Positions 28,901 through 42,737 of a DNA stretch of 64,000 bases are shown in pieces. A program made the position numbers and the translations under genes. Source of the DNA: the human T2T-CHM13v2.0 reference genome, Homo sapiens; the NCBI RefSeq assembly GCF_009914755.1, contig NC_060925.1; one strand, given 5' to 3'. Position 1 is the stretch's first letter, and each line of letters begins with the position of its first letter. Under the pieces are notes generated by a model. That model did no database searches and was not told the origin of the DNA. It was given only the letters and a program-made list of their open reading frames with translations.

Positions 28901-30863
28901 AAAATGGTAAGAGCAGACATGGAAAAGAGGAAATGGAGAAAAGAGAAATGACGTGTTGTTTCTCCAATTCACTCGTACAATTGGAAGTACAAGATGAGAA
29001 TATATCAAATAAAATAAAATGATTTATAGCCTTGTGCTAGATTGTGCAGTCAAAATAAGGTCTACTGGTATTCAGAGAGATGCCTTTGAGAGCTAGAGTA
29101 GCAAGGACAAAATTCAGAAATGTGAGATATGAATGCATTCCAGGAGAGTAGAACAGCATGTGAGAAGGCACAGGAACAGAACAAAGATGGTGCAAGTGCA
29201 GCTCAAACAAGCTCATCAGAGGAGAGGATACATCTCTGCAGAGCGGGACACAAGACAAGTGTCTAGTGGGGCAGGACTTACCCAGAGGGGTGTTGTATGA
29301 TGGAAGAGCCTGAAGGCCATAGCTGACTTTTTTAGGAAACCAGGCATTAATTGATTGTAATGGAAATACGGAAGAGAAAAATACAAAAGGGCAAAAGTTC
29401 ATTGGAAATTCAAAAGAATTTGGAGACTAAATATAAGGGACACAGGCATGCATAAATCAAGGATGATGACAAGATTTTTAGATTGAGTGGTTTGGATCAT
29501 CTTATACTTTAAATAGCTGCTGCTTGTTACTTTCCAGGAATATAGTAGAGAACCAGTTGCAGTGTGACACTGAAGAAAAAGGAATGGCCAATTTATATGT
29601 GTGTATTTCTCAACCCTTTCACACATAAACTAGTGTATTAACACAGCACAATAAGGTAAATGTTTTAAAAGGGAATTGAAGGCAGCTGTGCAGAACTTAG
29701 TAGGAAAAGCATCACATTTTTGTAGTATGTGAACATGAAGAAAAATCAAGTTTTGGAGAAATACTTTAAATTTAAAACTTCCAAATAAAATCTATTCAAT
29801 TTTTAAATGAGAAACTTGAGCTTACTTGCGCTTACTTGTGCAAAGAATGGCTACATGCATTTTCTCATCAGAATTTTTACTTTGGACCTCTTTAAATTCT
29901 TGATAGTAACCATTGAAGAGAAACTTTGCACAAGTAGGTGATAAAAATCTGATATCATTGCTTTATAATCATTAAAAATACAACCCTTGAAATTACATGT
30001 GAAGAATTCAATAGCACTGCCTTCATTGACAAAAGTAATGTTTAAATTTCTTGTGATAAACTTAGATGTTTCTAAATCCAATTAAATATCTTTTATCACA
30101 TATTGCAAAAGAAAAATAATGCTTTATTTGCAGAATGTACATTCATTTTTAGAGCCATTGCTATGCAGGTAGCATGGAAGCCATAAACAAGACATATCTG
30201 TACCCATGGACAGAATTTACAGAGAGAAGACAGAAATAGCAATCTCTTCCCTCTATTGTACCTGTGAGGAGAACCGTTGGATCTCTCCACTCTCCAAGCA
30301 CCTTTAACAGACCACACCTAGGGGTGTGCCCGGTGCTCTTGGGCAATAACATATGCTGCAGCTGGTTGTCCAGTGGGTTTTCAAGTAGTGGGGCTCCCTC
30401 TTGGCTATATTTAGTACATTGGGGTGCAGCAGCAAATTCTGAAGTTGTTTCTCTCCTGATTTATAGCCTTCTGAACTTGCTGTCACGCACTGTTCCACCT
30501 TGAATCTGGATTATTGCAACCAGAAGCAATCTGCATTGAGACTTTGCATAGACCCTGCTAAGGCCCTGAGGGGATCAATATCTTATGGGACAGTTGAAAC
30601 CCATTCACAACACACTGGTATGACAATGCACAACACAACTCTGCAATGAACTTTTTATTTTGTTGCCTGTATCACTGCTATAGGTTATCCTGGGGAAGCC
30701 ACTGATTTCCAGGGCAAAGTTATGTTCCTGTGGGATGAAGCTCCGTAGATTCATGTAAATCAGCTTCTACCATATCCTGATAGGGAATCACAGAGGACCA
30801 TAGTGGACAAAAGTCATCGATGGTAAAAAAAAATAAAAAATAAAAAAGGTAAAATTATATTTA

Positions 30864-31247
<384 letters not shown>

Positions 31248-32570
31248 TTATCAAAGGTATGTGACTTTTTTGTTTGATTGTGGGCACAGAAAATGTTTTT
31301 ATTTGTTGTGGGCACAGAAAATGGGCTCTGGCTAAATTAATGAGAAAGACAGGAAAGAGTAGAGGAAAGGATATATTTGGAAAGAAAATGGGGATATAAA
31401 AAGAAACAAAAGAAAAGAAAAAAGCCAGACTTCTTAAGGGAAAGGTAAAAAGGACAGTTCAGAGAACCAAAAGGCCAGCATTAATTATCATTCTCTTTTC
31501 TTCTATCATGCATCAACACCAACAATTTTCTGTCTCTGTGTCACTTTCCTCAAGATTCAGATTCCTGGGGAACAGGGTCCAGTTGCTCACATTTGGTCAC
31601 TATCCTATCTGGCCTAGGGCCGACAGAATACCTTCATTTACAGTCCTAGTTTGGACTGTAGAAGTGGGACAGTTTACATGAAAATTCAAGAAACCATCAC
31701 AAAAAGAAGGAATGATGGCTCCTGAACAAACACACAACAGATGTCCATTTCACTCCTCTAATCTATTCATTTTAGATGTGGAAACGGAGTCCCTGAGTTA
31801 AAATGCTCTTATTTACAGCCGTGGAATTAGTCAATGATGAGGCTGTAACTAAAACATCACTTTCTCATCCTTCAGAAGCTTCTCATTTCAGTGTTTTTCC
31901 TACTTCACACATCTGCATATTCAGTTATGTTAAGTTTCTTCCATTTAGAAAAATGCAATAAAATCTTACATTGTCCCCTTAAAGTGTGGTGGAGTGGGCT
32001 GATATCTGAGAAATATGTAACTAATTTAAATATATTTTTATGACCTTAAAGATAAATGTCATGCAAATACCCAAAGGGCAAATAGTTGCCAGGAAACAGA
32101 AAAGCAGTTTGCATTTGGCTATGGGCACACAAATCCAATATAGAGAAAAACGACTTCTTTCTTACCTGAGAAGTCTGACACTTTAAATAATAGTGTCAAA
32201 TGCATTTTCAGGCATATTTTTTCCAGGTTATTTGTGCTATGAAGTACTCTGTCTCGCGAAATGTCAGAGGGCTGCTTTTTCAGTGGGTGCCATTTTTCAT
32301 TCGAATGCACTGAAACAGGATTTCCATTGAAAATGTTCAAGTTCTGTGAGGCACATTATATTGTTTTTAATGTCACTATTATAATGTAGGGCTGCAACTA
32401 GCATACATGAAGCAACATTCAATATAAAAGTTTTGCACTTGGCTTCAATGTGAATTTATGTGGTAAAGATGGGATGAAACATATTTTTTAGTTTTGGAGT
32501 GTTCTCTAGTAGCCTCTGTGCTGTAAATGGTTTGAATGTCAACTCCTCTCATGGACTTCCTTGACTACCT

Positions 32571-33036
32571 TTCTTTTTCTTTTTATTATTATTGTTATTA
32601 TTATTTTATTATACTTTAAGTTCTGGGGTACATGTGCAGAACATGCAGTTTTATTACATAGGTATACATGTGCCATGGTGGTTTGCTGCACCCATCAACC
32701 CGTCACCTACATTAGCTATTTCTCCTAATGTTATCCCACCCCTAGCCCCTCACCCCCGATAGGCCCCGGTGTGTGATATTCCCCTCCCTATGTCGATGTG
32801 TTCTCATTGTTCAATTCCCACTTATGAGTGAGAACATGCACAGTGTTTGGTTTTCTGTTCTTGTGATAGTTTGCTGAGAATGATGGTTTTCAGCTTCATC
32901 CATGTCCCTGCAAAGGACATGAACTTATCCTTTTTTATGACTGCATAGTACTCCATGGTGTAAATGTTCCACATTTTCTTTACTGATGGACATTTGGGTT
33001 GGTTCCAAGTCTTTGCTATTGTGAATAGTGCCACAA
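32571..33036 (-). mobile_element. L1PA7/8-like 3' end
   Basis: ttatactttaagttctggggtacatgtgcagaacatgcag… L1PA 3' UTR and ORF2 terminus. Confidence 0.92.
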
Positions 33037-33134
33037 CCACCATTCTTAAGAAGTTTCTCATTGTGATTACAACTGCACCTTAATTGTTTGTTTAGTAGTC
33101 TATATCACAAGATATAATTATATGTTTGTAAAGA

Positions 33135-33775
33135 GAGGCAGTAGGTGTAGCCCTTAAGATCACATAGCCTGCAGCAACCTACTGAGTTCAACAGTCTCAG
33201 CCCTACTAATTATATCTGTGGTCCTTCCATAAAATCATAGTTTACCCCCTGAGTCTCAGTTTTTTAACTATAAAATGTGATAATAATGATACTAATTTCA
33301 TAAGGATCTTGTGAGTACGTGAGGTAAGATGCAAAGTATTGTTAATGATGCTTATTCCATAGTGAGCTTCATGGAGGTGTTTTCTATTACTATTACTAAT
33401 TTATTGTCTGTGTCTGTCTTCTCTTCACCTACATTAGCCTGTGAATTCTATGAAGGCAACAAGCATATATACTCTTTTCTCCAGTGGGTGTCTTGTGAGA
33501 AATATGCCTCTCACATAGCCGGGGATCAATAAATACTTGTAGGTTGAATGGATGGACTGATGAATGGATGAGTCAGTTTTACATTTCACCAAGTGCTTTC
33601 ACATATATCGTCACAATTAAGCTACCAGGCATTGTTGTCAGATAGTACCAGTACTCTTCTCATTTTACATAATAGAAAACTAAAGCTTGGAGATACTAAG
33701 TGATTTGCTTATGAGCAGAGTTCAAACATTACAAATCCTGAGCTCAAGTTCATGTCTTCTGACTCCAAATTTTAT
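33135..33775. mobile_element. MIR(+) / L2(+) / MIR(-) cluster
   Basis: MIR core ctgagtctcagttttttaactataaaatg (~33250); L2 tail tcaataaatacttgtaggttgaatggatgga (~33530); MIR cattttacataatagaaaactaaagc (~33660). Confidence 0.7.
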
Positions 33776-34609
33776 TCTGTTTTGGTTCAAATTTTTCTAT
33801 TTATTTATTCTATCTCTGAGTTCTGTCTACTGATTTTTTTTATAAAATAGGGAAATCATTTGCCCTGTTCACTTCATTGCATTGTTTTGAGTACCAAAAG
33901 TGAAAGTAGGTAATATATATCAAACTGTTACCCCAATGTAAGACATTACTATGGTGTTTAGTATTTAAGGGAATCTTTAGCTTGATTGTTTTATGAAATG
34001 CTATATATTAGAAAAATAAAATTCAAAAGAAGAGAGACAGAAGGAAGGAGAATCTGACCTAATGAAAGATAAAGGATTTACAATAAGTATTGGCTTTGAA
34101 TTCTGAAACATTTCCTGATCCTTGACAATGTGAGCAGGTCAATCTGGGCAGACCAGCTAGGGAGGAAAAAAAGAGTACCTTTCTGATGATTTGACAATTT
34201 GTTGAATTGTTGATGTATGGTCAGCATACATCTCTGATATTTTATCACATACCTTCAGGTTTTTTTGCTATTGAAATTAGGTGGGTATAGGTTTAGTCTT
34301 ATATTTCACCTCTTCTCAAATAAAAACACTGAGTTTCCAGGATGATAACATCTCTCTTAAGTTTAATATGTTCTAGCTTATTTTTTACCTCACCAAAAAT
34401 TGTAAATTTTCTTGAGGTACCAAGAAGGTTGAAAAAAGAAAGGGCTCCAGTACCCACCCCCTCCACAAGACAAAGTAACATTGGTAGTAATGAAAAGTAT
34501 AACTACTGATTAATGTAATAGTTAAACAGAATCAACAAGCACTTAATGAACATATACTATGTGAAAAACTATGCTATACGGTTATATAAGCATCACTTAA
34601 TTTTATTGT

Positions 34610-35880
34610 TCCATTTATTTCTTCACTATGTACTGACAACCTACTCTTTGCCAGGCACACTTGTAGTTACCAGAAAACATAATAATGAAAATGTGCTTGA
34701 CTTTACAGAGTTCACTAGTGGGTGAGGCAGACAAGATAAAAAAGGACACAGAAATACTTGATATACTATCAAATGGTGACAAATTCTATGAAGGAAAATA
34801 AAATAGTATAAAAGAATAAAGAGTAACAGAGGTCTGAGATTATGAATCTACTCGGTGCATCAAACACAACTTCCCTGAGGAGTTAAAATTTGTGCAGAGA
34901 TATGAATTAAATGAGGGGTTAAGCCATGCAATTTTGGCGGAACAGAGTTCTTGGACAAAGGAACAGTAAGTACAAAGCTCCTGAGGCAGTGAAAGGCTAG
35001 GCTGGAACGGCCAGACCATTGAGGTGCAAAGTGATGTGAATGAGGTCCTAGAACCAGGCAAGGTGGCCAGGCAGGGCTTTAAGGAAGAGACGGGAAGTTT
35101 GGACTTTCCATTGAAGTGGAAGAGAGCTCTTGGAGGGTTTGGGTAGGGGAATAAAACAATTGGGTTTACTTTCCAAAGGACCTTTCTGGCTGCTGCGTAG
35201 GGAATGGTTTGTAGGTTGTGGGAATGGCAAATGCAAAAGCTGGTAGAACAGTTAGAAGGCCGTTAGGTTATTCCAGTCTAGGCAAGAGATGGCGGTCGCT
35301 GTGTGTGGTGGGGGGTGAGGGCAAGCACTGAGTTTAGGAAGAAGATGTAGTTCTCTTCTGATTACTTCTATTTTCTAAGTGAAATAAGAGTTAATGTCAT
35401 GAACTGAGAATGAGGAGATTTGAGAAGTGAGAAGTTGTGAATGGGAAAATGGCTGGACAGAAAAAATTATAGAATCGTGGGGGCAACTCCAGGACCTACT
35501 TGGAGTTTGTGGTCATGAGTTGGATGTGAGACAGCATCATGCGGTTGTGTGTTTTTCTCCAGCCACTTTCAGTTGCTCTGGTAAGGGCAGAGAATTGGGT
35601 TCAACTAAGCCGGGATATTATCAGGTGAGTATGGCAAATTGGGAGGCGAAAACAAGCAATTATATTGCTAGACTTTGGAACCCAAGCCTGGCAGAGGAAA
35701 GTGGGGGCAAGAGGTGGTGTTGGCAGTGAAATGAGTATATTATTAGATAGGATGGTCCCATACTGCCAAAGACCTATTGGAGGAGCAACTAAAAAAGGGA
35801 AATGGATAAATGAGTTGGGAATTGGCCATCACATGCTTGAAATGGAGACTTGGAGATATTGGAAATGGCCTGGGACATGT
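34610..35880 (-). mobile_element. L2 LINE (long fragment)
   Basis: acctactctttgccaggcac…ttgtgcagagatatgaattaaatgaggggttaagccatgca…ttggagggtttgggtagggg…tttctggctgctgcgtagggaatgg. Confidence 0.75.
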
Positions 35881-36559
35881 GATCACAAAATTAGGTCATC
35901 TTTATTAGTATAATATCATGTCTCGTGTTTGCTGGGTCTTTCTCTCTTCTATATCAACTTGATACTTCTGGTTGCCAAAGTAATCACAAAATTGAGACTA
36001 GCCATGTATACTGCCAACAAGATGAAGGACTTTAGATTATTAATATCTGAAGACATACTTCTTTTTACTGTTATGATTGCAATACTGACACTGTTCTGGG
36101 GGTGTGACAGTGAGATTAGAACATACAGTAGCCTCTGGGCTCAATGAGGATGCCCATTACCTGTGCATTCACACATCTGCCTCTCTGGATGCAAGGAACC
36201 CACATCATTCCCACACAACCGGTAGTGTTTGTTAGTGGGTGCTTCGATATGGAAGGGAGATAAGGAGTCTCCTAGGCAGAGAATCCCCCGTAGGAGCTGT
36301 CATTCCTGGGTAGCAACAAGCTGTCAGTTAATGCCTACCTCAGCCTACTTTTCAGTATGGGATCCAAGATCTCATTTCGTGGAGGTAGGGGTTGGTTTTC
36401 TTGCTATGGGTCAGCGCGCTGGAGCAGGGCTTCTGATCCTTAGCATTCTTTAATAGCATTCCTAGAGTGACCTAGGAGGCTCCCCAGGAGGAGACTAGGT
36501 GGCTTAGCTCCTCAGCCTAACTACTGCAGAAACCAGGAGTGCGTCCTCCTTTTCGGATT

Positions 36560-36571
36560 CTTGACGTCAAG
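36560..36571. promoter_or_regulatory. Full palindromic CRE (TGACGTCA) within the 12-bp palindrome CTTGACGTCAAG
   Basis: Exact CREB/ATF consensus at 36562-36569, about 220 bp upstream of the first ATG. Confidence 0.7.
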
Positions 36572-36790
36572 CTCCGACAGCCTTGGAGCGTCGCAAGGGC
36601 GGTAGAGAGCTGAGGGAGGGTGACAGGGAGGGGAAGCCATTGCAGCAACAGCTTGGAGGAGGGAGCTGGACGTCGTCTCTCGCCAGAAAAACGGGGAGCA
36701 GGAGCCAGACTAGGGGAGGAAGAGGACTGGCCCGCTCAGGGAATAGCTGGGTTGCTGCAAAAAGGGGCGGGGAGAAGGCGGGGGCGCTGC

Positions 36791-37012
36791 ATGCAGCGCG
36801 CTGGCTCCAGCGGTGGCCGCGGGGAATGTGACATCAGCGGCGCCGGGCGCTTGGGGCTGGAGGAGGCAGCTCGCCTCAGCTGCGCTGTGCACACCTCGCC
36901 CGGGGGAGGACGCAGACCCGGGCAGGCGGCAGGGATGTCGGCGAAGGAGAGGCCAAAGGGCAAAGTGATCAAGGACAGCGTCACCCTCCTGCCCTGCTTT
37001 TATTTCGTCGAG
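36791..37012 (+). CDS. PLPPR4: PLPPR4 coding exon 1 (long form from ATG 36791; short form from ATG 36935)
   Basis: Translates MQRAGSSGGRGECD...AGMSAKERPKGKVIKDSVTLLPCFYFVE, recognised as the N-terminus of human PLPPR4/PRG-1. Ends at the canonical donor GAG|gtgagt (37012/37013), phase 0, inside a CpG island. Confidence 0.96.
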
Positions 37013-39689
37013 GTGAGTTGGCCCAGTGCCTTGGCATAATGCAGATCCTCTGGGCATCTCCTGAGCGAATTCAGGTCCTGGACAGTGTTGGAGGCGCAGA
37101 GATCCTGCCGGGCGCGCGCGGCTGTCCCCAAATGCCCGACCCTCCCCTCTTCCCCTAGATTTCACAGCAGCTCCCCGAATGTGCCTGTGAATACCTGTCA
37201 GCCCGGGGTGATTACCATTAGAGGTGTCGCTGCTGGGTGGCCTGCAGGGAACGGATACCTGTGTGAGTGAGTGTGGTTTTAGTTCCTTGGCCCTCCTGTA
37301 GTGCCTGTGTGCACAACGTCCGCTAGTGCCCCAGAGGGGCCATGATGCCCATATTTCGGGATTTGTGTCTTCAACCTGCCGAGTACGTGTCGGGAACTCC
37401 GTGTGCACACAGCTATGCCTAGGGCATATGAGGGTTGAAGGTGTTTACATAGTACAAATATTGTTAATTGCTTTTATTGCTCCTGCCCCCCCCCCAAATC
37501 CTTCTCCTATTATATTATTTTGGTGCTCACATACGCTTCTGAAATTGGATCTGCATCTCTAAACATCAATCATCAATGTACTGGCCTCTTTCCACAGTAA
37601 AAAATACATATTATATATGTGTGTATACATAACTATATATAATATTTTAAATCTATGACATCATCTGATTTTACATGATTTGTATCTGAGTATTTACTGT
37701 GCTGAGCAGTATTATAGATAAACAATTAAATGCAGATGTATCCGTAATGACCCTCTAACTTACCAAAATGCAGTATTTGAGGGAGAAACAATTCATAGGA
37801 GTGTTATAAAGATTGGCAGATACAGTGATTCCGTGTACTGTGCTCCATTGCATTAGGAAGACATTTTTAAGCAAGAGGTTTATTAAATTACAGATACTGA
37901 AGGGTTGTATTGCATAGATTTAGGGAAATCAGATGGTTTTAGGCACAAAACTATATTCTGTTTAGTTAGAGTCTGGGTTGCATAGAGAATTATAAGACTG
38001 TTGCTGAATCATAAATATCCTTCTCTGGCCATCTTTTCAGCCAAATATGGAGGTTTAGCCCTTCGAAGTGCAAACAGTAGATTCTGTATTCAATGATTGT
38101 AAGGCTTATCTGTCCTGAGGAATAGTCACTGCCTTGAAACTTGGGAGAAGAGACATTGTCGGACTGTTCTTATAGGTAACAATATATTTGGAAGTTTTGT
38201 AGAAGTGTCATAGATTTTTTAAATAATTTCAGTTTCAAGAAAGATGTATGTGACTTGCATAACTTTCAGAGAAATGATGGGTGACCCCTGCATTCATGAA
38301 CCATAGAAAAGAAGAAAAAAAAATCTATGTATTTAAAATAATGAATCCATTTATTATCCTTTCTCTTTTCACAAGAGATTTTTGGGAACATGGTTTAGGT
38401 AATTTTTGTTGAAAGATAATAAAGAGCTTTCTCAAGAAAAATGTAGGTAGCAGAAGATTCCATGATGAAAATGGTGAAGGAATAGAAAGATGAGATACCT
38501 GCCTTCAAGTTCAATCCATCAGACCACTTGTCGCATGGCTAATCCGTGTAGTTTTGTATTATAGTGATTTCATTTGTGTCTGAATCAATGACATTTGTCT
38601 AGGAGAAATCAGTTAATGGCTGAGTTCCATCTCCAGGAAGGAACACACCTGAGGTCAGCTAGAAGCTGACTACATGTGGGTTGCAGCTATATGGCTTCAA
38701 GGAAAATGCCCTCATGAAAGAGGAGGCAAACCAGAGAATTAAGGATGTGCCTTTACAGAATGTACGTGGGCGCTTTTGAGGCATCTTTAACCGGAGTACA
38801 TGTCCCTTAAGCAAGAATTTTAAAAGTACAAGTGCCTCATAATGCAATTGAATTGTGTGTTTAGGAACAGACATCTCACAATTGTTACTTCTTTTCCATG
38901 AGTGGAAATAGCCCAGATTCATTACTTTTACTTTGGCCTATTCAGATACCCTCTATGAATTCCTTAGCAGGGCAAGCTGTAGAACAATTACTTGAACACA
39001 ATTCATGGAGTTTAAATGAGCATTGATGACACTGTATCTTGGGGTTAACAGACTTCAAAGACAGAGCCACACAATTGGATTGCAAATTATCTTCCTAAAA
39101 ATTAAATGCATGATGAACCACTAAAGAGCCTCCAGAAAATGGGAGACTGCATTAGTATAAAAATTATTTAAGGGTTTGACCACATGCACTATCACGCTCC
39201 TTTGAAATGACTCATTTTGAAGCTGGTGAGAATGCACTAAATTTACATCTCCTTCGTAGGATGAATAAACATAGCTGGAATTTGCATGTTAGTAAAATGC
39301 TCTAGAGTAATGACACTTTGCTTTACAGCATAGTTTCCCAAGACCTTAGAAATTAAGATGGAAAAGTGAAACATGAGTGAATCTCCTTCCATCACATATC
39401 AGTCTAAAGCATATATTTTTAGCCTTCTCTGTTACTCAAACCATAATTTAAGTAACAAGAAGAGGCTAACAAAACAGATCTCAGGAGAAAACAGTCCCTG
39501 GTTCTCAAGTCAGTGACACCATGAGCAACTTACACTTTGCCTTTTTTCAAGGAGTTTAGAAGTTTTAAATTACTAATTCATGATAGGTATGAGATGTGAA
39601 GAAACTTTAATTGGGAAAATGAGGGAAGGGAAACTTACACTCGAGCCAGAGGGGGCTGAAATCAAGATGGACTGAGTTGTGTCAGGAAA

Positions 39690-39970
39690 ATGGCAGCATG
39701 CTCTAGGAAAATCCTGGGCCTTGCAGACAGATTGACTTGGTTCAAACACCGCCTTTGCCAGATACTACATGAATAATTCTGGCCAAGTTACTTCTCTCAT
39801 CCTTAGTTTCTTCACATATAATAGAATTTACATAATATAAATATAAATACACCTGTATTCATACATAAGAGAAATTATTATACCTACATCTTAGAATATT
39901 GAATATATTATGAGGTTAAAGGATCATGACTGAGATATGGTAGGCAATCAAGATATGTTAGTTCCTTTCC
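39690..39970 (+). mobile_element. MIR SINE
   Basis: cagacagattgacttggttcaaacacc…ggccaagttacttctctcatccttagtttcttcac. Confidence 0.7.
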
Positions 39971-40189
39971 TTTCTTATAACTGTTCTTGACCTGAAATAA
40001 ATTATTTTACTTATAGTTTGGACTTAAGGGATCAAGTCCTGACAAGGTCTAGCTTAAGAGTTCCCATTGTTGAGAAGAAGTCATCTTCTCCCCAATTTCT
40101 AGAAATAGTTTGGGCTCCACAGGCTTCTTGAAATGGACTTGTATTAATTGACACAAATGGGGAGAGTGAAGTACTATTTACAGTTTGTA

Positions 40190-40430
40190 CAAGAATAATG
40201 ACAACCATTTATAAAGTACTTAGTATGTACTAACAATAAAGCTAAATGCTTTACATCCACCATGTTGTTCAATCTTCAAAGTTTCTCTTTAAGAAAGAGG
40301 CCATTATTATCTGTGTTTTGAAGAAGAAACTGAAACTCATAAAAGTTAAACAACTTGCCCAATTTTATAAAGCAAAGTTAGAGGCAGGGCTGGGTATTAA
40401 CTCAAAGGTCACGCTCTTCACCACTGCAAT
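40190..40430 (-). mobile_element. MIR SINE
   Basis: attattatctgtgttttgaagaagaaactgaaactcataaaagttaaacaacttgcccaa. Confidence 0.75.
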
Positions 40431-41266
40431 AACAATCTCTCTCAACTTGTTGAAAGAACATTCACATAGGCAAAGTTACTTTCTATTGTTTCTCACTGGT
40501 AAAAAAGGAAGATGTAGTAAGGCAAGGGCACACTGACAAACAGGGTGATACAGTTTTCTCTGGCAACAGATCAGCTTCCTCAGCTCAGTTCCTCCTCCAC
40601 TGGGAGTGTCCAAGCACAAAGAGTTGGAGGACAGTGCATACTCCCCACATTGGCTCATCAGTTAGTGGCTAGTGCCCCTCAACAAGAACTCTGGATAGAT
40701 GCAAGGAAGGAGTAAAGATGTTGGCAGCCCATTTGCAGAGTGTCAAGGTATCTCTAATTATACCCCAATGGGCATTAGGCTGAGGTGTTGGTGTTCAGCC
40801 ACTAAAACCAAGTAATCTTGTCCTTGTTCACCACGATACCTGATGTTAAAGCACACATTAGTTGAAGGGATAGAATTTAGGGATAGAATTATTTTTTTCT
40901 TACATTTTTGGTTTATGCTGCTGCTTGCTAATGAAATGGCTTATGGTTGACAGTAATATTAGATGGTGACTTGAAAAATACGATGATTTTTAGTTTTGCA
41001 CCTCATTTTATGAGCAAGTTTCTTAACTCAGTTTTACACTGTACAGCCTGGGAAAACAAAGGTCAAGTTGTGAAAAGAACTCTCAGACAAGCATACCCAC
41101 ACCTTATTAGGATAAAGAGAAAAGCAGGTAAAAAGCAATGTTCCACTAGAGAAAAGGTTTATCATGCCCTTAAAGTTCCCAAGTACACTGCAAGTGATGG
41201 CTGTATCACTTACAGTGGCAATTGCAGCCAGCAGTATACCTAGAGTTAACAAAAGAGTATTCAAAC

Positions 41267-41774
41267 TTTTTGTTTATTATTATACTTTAAGTTCTGGGGT
41301 ACATGTGCAGAACATGCAGTTTTGTTACACAGGTATACACGTGCCATGGTGGTTTGCTGCACCCATCAACCTGCCACCTATATTAGGTATTTCTCCTAAT
41401 ACTATCCATCCCCTAGCCCCCCAACCCCCACAGGCCCTGGTGTGTGATGTTCCCCTCCCTGTGTCCATGTGTTCTCATTGTTCAGCTCCCACTTATGAGT
41501 GAGAACATCTGGTGTTTGGTTTTCTGTTCTTGTGTTAGTTTGCTGAGAATGATGGTTTCCAGCTTCATCCATATCCCTGCAAAGGACATGAAGTCATCCT
41601 TTTTTATGGCTGCATAGTATTCCATGGTGAATGTGTGCCACATTTTCTTTATCCAGAATATCACTGATGGGCATTTAGGTTGGTTCCAAGTCTTTGCTAC
41701 TGTGAACAGTGTTGCAATAAACATATGTGTATATGTGTCTTTATAGTAGAATGATTTATAATTATTTGGGCATA
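41267..41774 (-). mobile_element. L1PA7/8-like 3' end
   Basis: Same L1PA 3' UTR signature; the minus-strand ORF 41482-41724 is the L1 ORF2 C-terminus (MFIATLFTVAKTWNQPKCPS). Confidence 0.93.
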
Positions 41775-42295
41775 GCCCAATATTATATGTGATAAGGCTG
41801 GTTGTCTGGGGCTAGTGCACTTCCTTTATGCAAAGAATTACAGTGGTCCCTCTGGGGCTCAGGCTCACAATTTTATTCTCATTAGTCATCCTGCTCAAAG
41901 ATCAATTCACTATATAATGTAAACAAATGACAAATTACCTTTTTAAGCCTAAAAAAATATAAATTCCTAACATGAAATAAATGGGAAAGGGATTCTTTTT
42001 ACTTAAACATTCTGCTATATGATATAACATTTTTATGACAAACCTGATGCTAATTTTATGAAGGCAGAAGAGTTATGCTTGACCTATATGCAAATATATT
42101 TTGACAGGGCTACAGATAGAGAAAAGAGTTTGAAATTGCCTGTTATTCATACGAGAAAACATACAAAGACACATATGTATGCACACACTTCTGTGCATAG
42201 GTATGTACAAATACACATGGAGTAAGAATATCATCTCTCTCTCCACTCAGCATAAAATTACAGTATCTGAAGCATTCCAATTCAGAATATTTTAA

Positions 42296-42737
<442 letters not shown>

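Larger units (their letters stand above)
36540..37340. promoter_or_regulatory. PLPPR4: CpG island / PLPPR4 promoter
   Basis: The only extended GC- and CpG-rich non-Alu segment in the window; overlaps exon 1; GC boxes GGGGCGGGG at 36764-36772 and GGCGGGG at 36777-36783; no obvious TATA box. Confidence 0.85.

Noticed and set aside
36620-37039. 139-aa ORF taken as a complete gene starting at GTG 36620
   Set aside because: It is the exon-1 frame read through the donor to an intronic TAA; nothing supports the GTG start.
37070-37089. RE1/REST-like ttcaggtcctggacagtgtt
   Set aside because: Half-site spacing is 1 nt instead of 2 and both halves are mismatched; too weak to call.
36710-37408. 232-aa antisense ORF over exon 1
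   Set aside because: Non-ATG start, lies in the GC-rich CpG island where stops are rare, and shows no recognisable domain; most likely a shadow ORF.
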